DNA of 64,000 nucleotides from a bacterium (lineage in GTDB: Bacteria > Patescibacteriota > Minisyncoccia > Phycocordibacterales > UBA5272), in NCBI GenBank assembly GCA_043745785.1, contig JAYTSG010000004.1:570-64569 (forward strand). Reading direction: 5' to 3'. Under the pieces are notes generated by a model. The model saw only the letters and a list, made by a program, of their open reading frames with translations, ran no database searches and had not been told where the DNA came from. Positions 30,006-39,785 of this stretch are shown one piece after another. Position 1 is the first letter of the stretch. Each line of letters begins with the position of its first letter. A program made the position numbers and the translations under genes.

Positions 30006-30092
30006 GACTTCTTTCAAAACCACCCCCCTATCATTCTTGAATTGGGTAATTCAGGGATGATAACTTTGTTTGTTAGGGTTTTGAAAGAGGTC
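30006..30092. repeat. MITE-like palindromic element, near-perfect copy (16-bp TIR GAC(T/C)TCTTTCAAAACC)
   Basis: GACTTCTTTCAAAACC...GGTTTTGAAAGAGGTC with an inner IR CATTCTTGAATT / AATTCAGGGATG. 87 bp. Confidence 0.8.
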
Positions 30093-30350
30093 TATTAAAC
30101 TGTCTTCCTCTAGTGTCCTTCGCTTGCGTTAGTAAACTATCTAAAAACTCTCCGCAAGAAACAGTAACTCTCACTGTGAGGGAGCAGGTCTATCGATGAT
30201 CATCGTAAAACAAATTTGATGTACACTAAACATCCCAGGACTTACGCCACGGGGTATTATGCGCGAATAAATCGCTCCACGATATGTTATGAGCTTGTTT
30301 TATGTCTATAAAATACTGTGTTTTAATGAAGAGAAACTTTTTGAAAAACA

Positions 30351-32393
30351 TTATGAGGCCATTTTTTTTAAAACATCTTCCGAGACCACAACAACGCCGA
30401 GCTTGTTTGCATCTTCTAATTTACTTCCTGCTTTTTCACCAGCAACGAGAAAATGTGTATTTTTAGAGACACTACTAGCAACTTTTCCTCCAGCGTCTTC
30501 AATCAGTTTTTTTGCCTCATCACGAGAAAGTGTGGGAAAGCTCCCTGTAAGTACAAATATTTTTCCTGCGAGTGCTCCCGCTTTGTCTTTACCGTACAAA
30601 CTATTTCTGATAGTTAAATGAGGAAGTAATCTCTGAAGTCTTTGCAGAGATTCTTCATCACTACAATAAAAAGTGAGTGATAGAGCTACTTTTTCACCGA
30701 TACCCGAAATAGTCATGAGGTCCTGATATCCTACATGAAGAAGGTCGTCTATAGTTTTTATTTTTTTGGCGAGCTCTTTTGCTGTCTCTTCACCAACATG
30801 ACGTATACCAAGAGCTCCGAGTAATTTATACAACTCAACATTTCTCGATCTCTCTCTTTCTTTAAGGAAATTATCGGCACTTTTTTCACCAAAACCTTCT
30901 AGATCTTTTAAATCCTCTTTCTTTATTTCAAAGAGAGAGGCATAATCAGTGACGAGACCAAGATCATGAAGCAACTCCACAATTTTTTCCCCGAGCCCTT
31001 CAATATTCATGCCTTTTTTAGAAACAAAGTAGCTGAGATTCTCGAGATGCTTCGCGGGGCAATTTTTATTCTTACAATAAAGTGCCGAAGAAAGTTCTTT
31101 ACCAAGATTCTCACGCTGTAATGATGAATGACATTCTGGACAATGACTTGGAAATATAAAAGGTTCAGCATTGACTACTCGTAGTGATGTAAAAACAGAG
31201 AATATCTCTGGTATGACATCACCCGCTTTTCGAAGGCCGACAGTATCTCCTGCGTACAGGTCAAGTCGTTTCATTTCATCGATATTATGTAGTGTTGCAC
31301 GTCTTACGAGAGAGCCCGCAATACGAGTCGGAGTAAGTTCTGCTACTGGGGTTATAGCTCCAGTTCGACCAACCTGATAGGTCACACCAAGTATTTTTGC
31401 AGTCGCCTCTTCTGCGGGAAACTTATAGGCAATGCCGGCCCGTGGACTCTTTGCAGTATAACCAAGAGTGCTCCATATTTTTCTATCATTTATTTTAATC
31501 ACTAAGCCATCGATACCGTATTCTTCATTATCTTTTCTTTCTTTCCATGAATCATAAAAAGCTTGCACCTCTTCAAGATTTTGACAGAGTTTACGTTCTT
31601 TGTTGACTAAAAAACCAAGTTCCTCAAGCAGAAAGAGCTCATCTTGTTGCGTGGCAAGTGTCAAGCCTTCAGTCTCTTCTTGTTTACTCTCTATATCATA
31701 AGCAAAAATTTTAATATTTCTCTTTGCTACTACTTGTGGATCAAGGAGACGTAAAGTGCCAGCTGAAAGATTGCGAGTATTTGCGTACACTTGTTCACCC
31801 TCCTTTATCCTCTCTTCATTAATGGTATATAAATCACTTTTTTTTATCCAAGCCTCCCCAATGACAGTGAGTGAAATATCTCTGGGTAGAATAAGAGGAA
31901 TACTTTTAACTGTCTTAATATTTTCAGTAATATCTTCACCTATTTTTCCATCACCTCTGGTGCTCGCCCGTATGAGCTCACCCTTTTCATACGTCATAAT
32001 AACTTTAAGCCCATCTATTTTCATTTCTACAAGATAAGAAGGGAGCTCAAACCTGTCACTTCTATTCTCATTTTTCATTAATAATTTTAGATTACGTTCC
32101 TGCCAAGAAGAAAGTTCCTCAAAAGAAAAAACATTATCAAAACTCCACTGAGGGTATTCATGCGTAACTTTAACAAAAGTTTCAATAGATTCGCCTCCTA
32201 TTCTTTGCGTCGGGGAAAGAGGGTGAGCAAGCTCTTCATGTTCTTTTTCAAGACCATCAAGCTCAGAAAGCAAAGAATCATAGGCTTCGTCGCTGATGGT
32301 TGGAGCATCATGCACATGATACAAAATCCTATGCTTTTCAAGCTCGTTACGGAGCTTCAGAACTCTTTCTTTTGCTTCTTCGTATGAAGTCAT
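30351..32393 (-). CDS. ligA: NAD-dependent DNA ligase
   Basis: 680 aa. The adenylation motif KIDGLKV (KxDG), the OB fold, the Zn finger CPECHSSL...CKNKNCPAK, HhH repeats and a C-terminal BRCT domain are present. Confidence 0.95.
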   Translation of the reverse strand: MTSYEEAKERVLKLRNELEKHRILYHVHDAPTISDEAYDSLLSELDGLEKEHEELAHPLSPTQRIGGESIETFVKVTHEYPQWSFDNVFSFEELSSWQERNLKLLMKNENRSDRFELPSYLVEMKIDGLKVIMTYEKGELIRASTRGDGKIGEDITENIKTVKSIPLILPRDISLTVIGEAWIKKSDLYTINEERIKEGEQVYANTRNLSAGTLRLLDPQVVAKRNIKIFAYDIESKQEETEGLTLATQQDELFLLEELGFLVNKERKLCQNLEEVQAFYDSWKERKDNEEYGIDGLVIKINDRKIWSTLGYTAKSPRAGIAYKFPAEEATAKILGVTYQVGRTGAITPVAELTPTRIAGSLVRRATLHNIDEMKRLDLYAGDTVGLRKAGDVIPEIFSVFTSLRVVNAEPFIFPSHCPECHSSLQRENLGKELSSALYCKNKNCPAKHLENLSYFVSKKGMNIEGLGEKIVELLHDLGLVTDYASLFEIKKEDLKDLEGFGEKSADNFLKERERSRNVELYKLLGALGIRHVGEETAKELAKKIKTIDDLLHVGYQDLMTISGIGEKVALSLTFYCSDEESLQRLQRLLPHLTIRNSLYGKDKAGALAGKIFVLTGSFPTLSRDEAKKLIEDAGGKVASSVSKNTHFLVAGEKAGSKLEDANKLGVVVVSEDVLKKMAS

Positions 32394-32415
32394 AGGACGA
32401 AGTATACCATGTTGA

Positions 32416-33069
32416 CTATGAACCTTCTGCGGACGATACGATGACTCTTTCTAATCTGTGCAGCGAATTAACTTCGCATGTTGAATAACCACTAACAATA
32501 ATTTGATTAAAACTAGGTGTTTTATTAAAAACTACTTTTGCACAACGACTGTCGCCATTAGTGAGAGGTAGCGAAAGTGTTAATGTTGATTTCTTACCAT
32601 CTTCGACAGAACCGTCAGACTTTGTGTATGTGTATGCGCTATAGGCAATACTCGTTACACTAGTATCAAAAATACGAACTCCTCCACATTTTACGTCAGT
32701 AAGGGCGATAGAAGGAAGACCTCTCACACTTCTATCAAAATTAGTCTGAACGATAGTGTCATCTATCTCACTTTGACTTTGAGCTACACTAAAAGGGGTA
32801 ATACTCGTAGGGAAAATACCATAACCAGTACTTCTATTGGTATAACTATTGTCTATAAATGCTACACAAGTCACTGCCATATCGGCGGCATTATAAGCAA
32901 TAAAACTATCACGAACGATACGCGTAAATTTTGCCTCTCTCACAATAATTGACGTAATACCAAATGATACAAGAAGTATAAGAGTTGAGAGAAGCATAGC
33001 AAGAGGGAGTATAAATCCATCAAGAGATACTTTCTTTTTTTTCATAAAATGGATGAAGATTCTTTTCAT
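32416..33069 (-). CDS. Putative minor pilin / pilus assembly protein (PilX-like, hydrophobic N-terminus without canonical GFTLIE)
   Basis: 217 aa. The N-terminal helix is LDGFILPLAMLLSTLILLVSFGITSIIV. It is the last gene of the pilus locus. Confidence 0.4.
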   Translation of the reverse strand: MKRIFIHFMKKKKVSLDGFILPLAMLLSTLILLVSFGITSIIVREAKFTRIVRDSFIAYNAADMAVTCVAFIDNSYTNRSTGYGIFPTSITPFSVAQSQSEIDDTIVQTNFDRSVRGLPSIALTDVKCGGVRIFDTSVTSIAYSAYTYTKSDGSVEDGKKSTLTLSLPLTNGDSRCAKVVFNKTPSFNQIIVSGYSTCEVNSLHRLERVIVSSAEGS

Positions 33070-33070
33070 A

Positions 33071-33826
33071 CTAGGATCTTGGTTTAATAAAATCTGTTAC
33101 AACTATACTTTTCTGTGTCCCTCGATAATTATAAAAAATGGTGACGTCAACCCTTACATCATCACGATATGAACATTCATACGAGGGACAAACTGAACCC
33201 ATCGATGTTAATTTAACAACCCTTCTTATTTGGGTGTTTATAGCTTTCGTTGTCGTGTGATCATTACAAAGATACATAAAATCTGTTGAAGATGTTGACG
33301 TAATGTTGTTTATTTGAACACTTCTGTCTTGATTAAGACTACTACAGTTACTAGTTGAGGCGTCATAAAGGTCTACAGGTATAGCGTTGGCGTTTGGATT
33401 TTTGAGTATGCCATACATATCAAAAACACAACCATTTACAGAGAAACAATAAGTATTACTCGTACCTCCAAACTGATTTTTAAAAACTTTCCAAGCAGTT
33501 TCATTCGGTGTTTCTTGCACTCCAGTAGACAAAATCGTAGACGAAGCAGCCAAGCACATAGCAGAACTAGGATCAGAACATTCCATAAAGACACTGTCGC
33601 GTCTAAAACGAACTAGTTCAATAGCCTCCTGACCTAAGAAAGTTGCTGTAAAAAGTTCTCGGCTGTAACGTATTTCTTGCGCTGCACGCCCGGCTATTAC
33701 CATTGGTCCACCAATAGAAACTGAAATAATAAAAATACCAATCATGGCTTCAATGAGAGTAAAGCCACACAACGGTTGATGAGAGAGACTCTTTTTTATA
33801 CGTCTGACAATGTGTAGTATATTCAT
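33071..33826 (-). CDS. Prepilin-type N-terminal cleavage/methylation domain protein (minor pilin)
   Basis: N-terminus ...LCGFTLIEAMIGIFIISVSIGG, a class III signal peptide. 251 aa. Confidence 0.7.
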   Translation of the reverse strand: MNILHIVRRIKKSLSHQPLCGFTLIEAMIGIFIISVSIGGPMVIAGRAAQEIRYSRELFTATFLGQEAIELVRFRRDSVFMECSDPSSAMCLAASSTILSTGVQETPNETAWKVFKNQFGGTSNTYCFSVNGCVFDMYGILKNPNANAIPVDLYDASTSNCSSLNQDRSVQINNITSTSSTDFMYLCNDHTTTKAINTQIRRVVKLTSMGSVCPSYECSYRDDVRVDVTIFYNYRGTQKSIVVTDFIKPRS

Positions 33827-33829
33827 ATG

Positions 33830-34519
33830 TTATATATCGATATGCCTTGCCGTAATAGTTGTCTGTAGCTGAAAATGAGAATCACCTGACTTAGTGTTCG
33901 AAATGATGGCTCTTCCTGCGATAATCATGGTTATCACTGGTTGAAAATTATCTGCTGTTGATCCAGGAGCATTTGCGGTGCTGTCATTAGTCATCACCGT
34001 CTGTGTCGTGTTTGCTCCTTGCACGAAAAAACGAAGTGTATCTATATAAACATCATCTCCGGTAATAGGGAGAGTGGAAGTAGCTCCAAGAGTATCGAGT
34101 ACATATTCATACACTTTTCCTCCAGAAAGATAATATCCTTTACGTACGTTAGCTGCCACTGCCCCCGAGGGCTTAAACATGAGAGCAGTTCCCCCTTCTA
34201 GACTGACGCCAGGATAACTACTCCACAGAAAAGGACAGCCTTGTCGATAGGCTCTATACGTATCTTCTATATTGTTACTACAAAAGAAGACACTACCGTA
34301 ACGAACATCTCGAGAGATAAGGTCAAAACTATTATTAAGATTATCCATCACCAGACGCAAACCATCGACCCTAGCATATGAATGTTGTACCGCGAAGAGC
34401 GCTTCTATTGCTATAGTCATAGCCGTCACGAATATAGAAGAAGCGATAAGGAGTTCAATCAAAGTAAAGCCACTACGTGAGTTACCTTTTATTATTTTTA
34501 TGAGAGACCTCTTATGCAT
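33830..34519 (-). CDS. Prepilin-type N-terminal cleavage/methylation domain protein (minor pilin)
   Basis: N-terminus ...SRSGFTLIELLIASSIFVTAMTIAIEAL. 229 aa. Confidence 0.7.
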   Translation of the reverse strand: MHKRSLIKIIKGNSRSGFTLIELLIASSIFVTAMTIAIEALFAVQHSYARVDGLRLVMDNLNNSFDLISRDVRYGSVFFCSNNIEDTYRAYRQGCPFLWSSYPGVSLEGGTALMFKPSGAVAANVRKGYYLSGGKVYEYVLDTLGATSTLPITGDDVYIDTLRFFVQGANTTQTVMTNDSTANAPGSTADNFQPVITMIIAGRAIISNTKSGDSHFQLQTTITARHIDI

Positions 34520-34525
34520 GAGTAT

Positions 34526-36232
34526 TTAGTGTACTAAAATTTTAGTAACATTATTTGAACCATTGTTTGCAGTGTAAACATTGCCAAAGTTGTCTACCGT
34601 AATAGATTCTGGCGAGTTTCCAGTAGTTCCATAATTGACGGTAACAATGCCAGCGGTAGATATTTTTGTCACAGTACTTGAGTTTTGATTTGCAGTAAAG
34701 ACATTTCCTGAAGAATCAGTAGCGATAGCTGCTGGACTTGCTCCTGTCGATCCTCCAAAATTTAGTGTAACGATACCAGAACTGTTAATTTTAGTAACAC
34801 TATCCTTACTAGTATTTGCAGTAAAAACATTATTAAAAACATCAGTCGCAATTGCATAGGGAGTAACTCCTGTACTAGCAAAATTAATGGTAACGAGTCC
34901 ACTTGCATCTATTTTAGAAACAGTATTATTGCCAAAATTTGCAGTATAGACATTATCAGCTGTATCAATTGCAATATCATTAGGATTTGTTCCGACGGAA
35001 AACTGAGCTACTAAAACCCCTGCTGGACTTACTTTTAGAACTTTACTTTGACTAAATAGAGCGACATAAATATTTCCAAATGAGTCAACATCTATAGCAA
35101 CTGGACGCCCCCCAGTGAGATAAAAAGGAGTGACAGCAACCCCCGTACTCATATCAACTTTTGAAATACTGCCAGGCGCTCCATAGTCTGCTGTGTAGAG
35201 GCTTGACCTCGCTTCATCAAGTACGATTCCTTTTGGTAAGGGTCCGACATTACTAAAAAATACACCAAGTCCAGCGGGACTTATTTTAGCCACGTCTGAA
35301 GGACCGAAATTTGATGTGTACATATTTCCTAGCGAGTCTACAGCTATATCCGATGGATTGACACCTGAAAATCCGCTAATAGGAAAAGTCTGACTATTTG
35401 ATTTATTTTCAGTACAGCTACTAGTTCCACCACCATTTTGCCCACTACATTGCCAAGTCCATGTGTTTACTCCACTTAGGGGGCTACTGCTATTGCCAGT
35501 CACACAAGAATAATGCAGGGTACTACAAACTCCAGAAGTAGGGAGTAGTGTCAACGGTCCCACTTGCGTACACCTGCCCAATAAAGTTGAAATAAGTCCA
35601 GTCTTAGTTACTAGTACACTTCTTGAATAGCCATTTTTATGACTTGCTTCGTCAATTTTATTTGAAACAAGTTCGACGCAACTAGCCGCATACAGTGTAC
35701 TTGTGCTATTGTTAACAAAAATCCATGGCTCTGGGTTCGGCCTTTCATACTCAATACTTAAATCTGTAAAATCACCATTCTTACTACAAAAGGAAAATGG
35801 TCTGCTGATAGTAGTGCTACTGACACAGGTGTTATCTATATGAAATCCTTCAGGAAGGGTTACCGTCTTAAAATTTTCAGTCACCCCATCGTAAAGACGA
35901 TTACCAAGAAATATGCCATTTCTCTGGTTGGTAGTTATTTTATCTGCGTACTCTTTATACATTTGACTGCTGTTGCTTGCAAATTGCATACCAAATCCTG
36001 CATATGCTTGTCCGTAAGTGCTGACAGAACTCGCTTTAAGTTGAGCTTCACGAATATCACTTCCTAAATCACCTGTCATATTTGATAATCTCGTTTTCTC
36101 TGCTGAGTCTGGGTATCTTGAAAGCACCACAGTAGAGAGAGTTCCAATAATAGCGAGCACCACCATCATTTCAATAAGAGTAAAGCCTTTTCTATGAAAT
36201 ATTTTGCTGGGCAGCTGATAACGAGACTTCAT
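34526..36232 (-). CDS. Pseudopilin (GspH/PilV-like N-domain) fused to a C-terminal multi-blade beta-propeller (NHL / YVTN-like repeats)
   Basis: The N-terminus is HRKGFTLIEMMVVLAIIGTLSTVVL. The C-terminal half carries ~7 repeats of the form P.AIA.D..GNVYTAN.G.NTV(S/T)KI. Confidence 0.75.
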   Translation of the reverse strand: MKSRYQLPSKIFHRKGFTLIEMMVVLAIIGTLSTVVLSRYPDSAEKTRLSNMTGDLGSDIREAQLKASSVSTYGQAYAGFGMQFASNSSQMYKEYADKITTNQRNGIFLGNRLYDGVTENFKTVTLPEGFHIDNTCVSSTTISRPFSFCSKNGDFTDLSIEYERPNPEPWIFVNNSTSTLYAASCVELVSNKIDEASHKNGYSRSVLVTKTGLISTLLGRCTQVGPLTLLPTSGVCSTLHYSCVTGNSSSPLSGVNTWTWQCSGQNGGGTSSCTENKSNSQTFPISGFSGVNPSDIAVDSLGNMYTSNFGPSDVAKISPAGLGVFFSNVGPLPKGIVLDEARSSLYTADYGAPGSISKVDMSTGVAVTPFYLTGGRPVAIDVDSFGNIYVALFSQSKVLKVSPAGVLVAQFSVGTNPNDIAIDTADNVYTANFGNNTVSKIDASGLVTINFASTGVTPYAIATDVFNNVFTANTSKDSVTKINSSGIVTLNFGGSTGASPAAIATDSSGNVFTANQNSSTVTKISTAGIVTVNYGTTGNSPESITVDNFGNVYTANNGSNNVTKILVH

Positions 36233-36481
36233 AGAGATATGATACCACGAGAATCTACCTACGTCATTGGAACAAGAAAGCTTTCAAAGTTTTTTAAACG
36301 CTACTTTAGGTGATACTGCATCACACCTTTATCTGCTGGAGACAGCTCTAACTTAAACTAGCAACTACACAGACGCAAGCTCGGGTGAATTAAATCCGTG
36401 CAAAAGTTTTCACGAAAGTAGTTTAAGGACTTGCTCATATGATATACCTAGTACTCTCTTACTAGACTAGTACTTGTATAT

Positions 36482-38065
36482 CTAAGGTACTAAGTAACAA
36501 AGATCAGATCTCCACGTACAGTCTGGTTGTCTAGGAGTAAGAGTAGTGTCACCTCCTGGACAGTACAGAGGAGTTCCTGTACACGTCCCTGGTGTTACTG
36601 CTATTGGTGGCACAGTTACTATATATCGAGATTTTCTAGCAGTGTTTCCAGCCACATCTGCCACTGAGTAGACTTCTGTAGTGACTGCGTCTGGTATAGA
36701 GGTATTAAGAGTGGTTGTAGCGAGGGTGATGCGGGTAGAGGTGGCTTGCGTGACGGTGATTTTGCTGACATTATTTGAGTAATAGTTTGCGGTATAGATA
36801 TTGCCGGATGAGTCGATGGTGATTCCTTGAGGACTTGTACCCGTACTACCTAAGATACTTGATACTCCAGCGGGGGTGATTTTGCTGACATTATTTGAGG
36901 TATAGTTTGCGGTATAGATATTGCCGGATGAGTCGATGGTGATGGCATAAGGAGATGTACCCGTACTACCTACTAAGATACTTGATACTCCAGCGGGGGT
37001 GATTTTACTGACATTATTTGAACCAACGTTTGCGGTATAGATATTGCCGGATGAGTCGATGGTGATTCCTTGAGGATTTGAGCCATTAAGAAACTGAGCG
37101 AGAATAGAAGAAGTCGCAGACTCTGGCGTAGCCACTGTATATGCGACAGTAGTATACGCTCTCGTAATCTTTGAAGTAATGTTGCCATCGACATTGTCCA
37201 TCGCAGTTGCGCCTGGGTCGATATAGCCACTAGACTGTGTGAGCCAGTATATTTGAGAGTTATTGAGTGTGATAACTGGTGCAGTCTTGTCGGTACCAAA
37301 AATAGTTGAGGTATTACCCGAAGTTATCAAACCACCTACACCAGAGTTGGGAGTGGTGTTGAATGTAACATCAGTCGGTGCTTCATCGCAGGCTCCGAGT
37401 GCGGTTGTAGAAAAGCCAGACTGAGAGATAATCATGTTACGCACTTTACCGACTGCTATAGAATTTTTAGAAGCAAACTCAATACACGTAGCAGCATAGC
37501 GGGTACTGGTTGCATTGTTGATATAAATAATTGGCTGAGTCGTTGAACGAGCATAACTAACCGTGACGGTACCTAAAGCACTATTAGTGCGAGAACAAGA
37601 AGAAGTAGCAAAAGGACGTGCTGTGCCGTCTCCAACGCAAATATTACGCAAATAGAAACCTTCAGGGATTTTGACTATTTTTGAGATTTCTGTTGCAGCA
37701 TTAAAAATGCTATCACCGATAAGACTACCAGAGAGGTCAGTACTCGATCCTATTTGCATATCTTTAAACTGCACAAACTTCGTTGTTGAGGCAGCGTCAA
37801 AATAAAGACCATACCCTGCTGCTGTATCGCCTGATGTTTCAATACCTCCAGCTTTCAATTGTGAATCTCTAGCGACACCTTGCATGTCTGAGACAGCATT
37901 AGCAAGTTCTACTTTAGTCGCAGAATCTGGATAATTTGCAAGAAGTATTGATGAAATCAGTGCAAAAAGAGCCATGGTAACCATGACATCAATAAGAGTA
38001 AAGCCAGACTCTTTTTCATTACTTTCTTTTAATAATTTTCCAAGCTTTGTAAGTATTTTTTTCAT
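36482..38065 (-). CDS. Pseudopilin fused to an Ig-like (DUF5011-like) domain and NHL-type beta-propeller repeats
   Basis: The N-terminus is KESGFTLIDVMVTMALFALISSILL. A DUF5011-like segment is DKTAPVITLNNSQIYWLTQSSGYIDPGATAMDNVDGNITSKI. Three 41-aa repeats SPQGITIDSSGNIYTAN..SNNVSKITPAGVSSIL follow, and the tail is Cys-rich. Confidence 0.75.
   Translation of the reverse strand: MKKILTKLGKLLKESNEKESGFTLIDVMVTMALFALISSILLANYPDSATKVELANAVSDMQGVARDSQLKAGGIETSGDTAAGYGLYFDAASTTKFVQFKDMQIGSSTDLSGSLIGDSIFNAATEISKIVKIPEGFYLRNICVGDGTARPFATSSCSRTNSALGTVTVSYARSTTQPIIYINNATSTRYAATCIEFASKNSIAVGKVRNMIISQSGFSTTALGACDEAPTDVTFNTTPNSGVGGLITSGNTSTIFGTDKTAPVITLNNSQIYWLTQSSGYIDPGATAMDNVDGNITSKITRAYTTVAYTVATPESATSSILAQFLNGSNPQGITIDSSGNIYTANVGSNNVSKITPAGVSSILVGSTGTSPYAITIDSSGNIYTANYTSNNVSKITPAGVSSILGSTGTSPQGITIDSSGNIYTANYYSNNVSKITVTQATSTRITLATTTLNTSIPDAVTTEVYSVADVAGNTARKSRYIVTVPPIAVTPGTCTGTPLYCPGGDTTLTPRQPDCTWRSDLCYLVP
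36761..37097. repeat. Intragenic tandem DNA repeat, ~123-bp period x ~2.7 copies (encodes NHL-like 41-aa blades)
   Basis: Near-identical units begin GTGATTTTGCTGACATTATTTGAG... at 36770, 36888 and 37011. Confidence 0.85.
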
Positions 38066-38068
38066 TAT

Positions 38069-38857
38069 TTATAGCATAGCACGATAGATAAGCGTCACGA
38101 GCTCTGATACTTGCCAACCTGTGAACAATACAAGCAGAAAAGAGATAATAATAAATGGTGCGAAGGGAATAGCTCTATCTTTTTTTATCTTTTTAAGAAG
38201 TAAAAGTGGGATAACGGTGAGTGTCCCTATCCAAAGGGATAACAAAAAGACCATAATACCTTCATCCAGAGTTACAAATGCACCAACACCCGCAAAAAGA
38301 AGCACGTCACCAAAACCTACCCCTCTACCGAGGGTAATAAGAAAAAGCAAGAGGTACGGAAGAGCTACGATGAAAGGACTCGCCAGTTCGAGATATGAAT
38401 GGCTGACTCCAAATCTACTAATAAGTGGAAAGAGTGACAACGTTAGAAAAAGATAGAGAAAAACTCTTGGAATAATCTTATGATTGAGATCATACAGAAA
38501 AATGACTCCGAGAGTAACGATTGTGACGAGAAGAAAGGCAAGATACATCAGTTCATGAGAAGAAAGGATATGGAGCGGAAGTATGTATTTTGCTGTAACG
38601 ACAGCAAAAAGGAAACCAAACACTGCTTCAAAAATGGCATGAGTATACCCAAATCGAACTTTACAATAGCGACATTTCCCTCTCAATAAAAGACACGATA
38701 CCATAGGTATCATGTCTTTCGTTGAAAGCATATGTGAGCAGGAGAGACACTTACTGCGACTATTTATTATTGGAGCGACATGAAGTCTGCCAGCAATAAC
38801 GCCAACAAAACTACCAAACGCAGTACCGACAATAAATGAGAGAGCGAGAATCACCAC
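38069..38857 (-). CDS. pilD: Prepilin peptidase (A24 family, PilD/GspO) with N-terminal Zn-binding CxxC...CxxC
   Basis: The Zn-binding cysteines are CLSCSH...CRYCKV. The catalytic Asp motifs are ...IFLYDLNHKIIP and ...GRGVGFGDVLLFAG. The start is GTG. Confidence 0.85.
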   Translation of the reverse strand: MVILALSFIVGTAFGSFVGVIAGRLHVAPIINSRSKCLSCSHMLSTKDMIPMVSCLLLRGKCRYCKVRFGYTHAIFEAVFGFLFAVVTAKYILPLHILSSHELMYLAFLLVTIVTLGVIFLYDLNHKIIPRVFLYLFLTLSLFPLISRFGVSHSYLELASPFIVALPYLLLFLITLGRGVGFGDVLLFAGVGAFVTLDEGIMVFLLSLWIGTLTVIPLLLLKKIKKDRAIPFAPFIIISFLLVLFTGWQVSELVTLIYRAML

Positions 38858-38872
38858 AAACTTTTTGTATAC

Positions 38873-39679
38873 TTAGTAAGCGTCAGAGAGATCAAAAACA
38901 CACATATCTACTGTCGCGCAAGTTGATGAGGCATTTTCATTTGTTCCTTTTCCGTAGAAGTCAGAATCTTGGTTTGGAATCATGGTATGCGCTAGGAAAT
39001 TATAGTGCTGGAAACCCCACGGTGAAGGCCCTACAACTGCAAGTGGAGTACCAACGGGTGTAACACCAGTAAGTAAGGCTGACGTTCCTACCACTGGACT
39101 AGTAGATGAAGTAAGAGGGTGGAAGAAAGCTGAGGATACAGATGACGTAGACTGAACAATGAAGTTCACGCACGGTCCACCAATCTTTTGTCCTGTCATA
39201 CCTGAGGTTGATGTACTAATAACCCCCCAACAGTCATTGTCGTCCGCAAGTACTGTGTTAAAGACTTCGAGTGAAACTCCGAGGTGATATCCAAATGTTG
39301 TTGTTCCGTAAGTTGCGCTTGCAAGTGAGGAAGGAGAGAGACCTCTGTATGAGACAAACATAGTCTTATCCTTAGCTGATCCTGACTTGAGACTCGATGG
39401 TAGGTTTGGCATATACTGAGGTGAAAGACTAGAGAGGTCAATACCTAGTGCTGTTGTAGAACCCGCCGGGTACTGCCCATTGTCATTAGCGAAGTTTGCA
39501 AGAGCAGTTTGCATCTGCTTGATTTCAGCAATTTTCTTAACGTCTTTAGCTTTCTTACGAGCTGTCTGCACTGGTGCTGCAACGATGGTCGAAAGAAGAC
39601 CAATGATGGCGATTACCACGAGTAGTTCGATAAGGGTAAAGCCTTTAAATGATTTTTTTGTTAATGTAGTAAGTTGCAT
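38873..39679 (-). CDS. pilA: Type IV major pilin (PilA-like)
   Basis: An ATG at 39679 gives MQLTTLTKKSFKGFTLIELLVVIAIIGLLSTIVAAPVQ. The C-terminal region is Cys-containing. The track ORF extends further upstream. Confidence 0.8.
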   Translation of the reverse strand: MQLTTLTKKSFKGFTLIELLVVIAIIGLLSTIVAAPVQTARKKAKDVKKIAEIKQMQTALANFANDNGQYPAGSTTALGIDLSSLSPQYMPNLPSSLKSGSAKDKTMFVSYRGLSPSSLASATYGTTTFGYHLGVSLEVFNTVLADDNDCWGVISTSTSGMTGQKIGGPCVNFIVQSTSSVSSAFFHPLTSSTSPVVGTSALLTGVTPVGTPLAVVGPSPWGFQHYNFLAHTMIPNQDSDFYGKGTNENASSTCATVDMCVFDLSDAY

Positions 39680-39785
39680 AATATTATGTACTAATAATTG
39701 TACTCTTTTAGTGTAGCAAGTATCTTTTGTATTACAAGCAGTTATGCACAGTTTTTTCGTGAAATATATCTGCAAATGATTCGCA

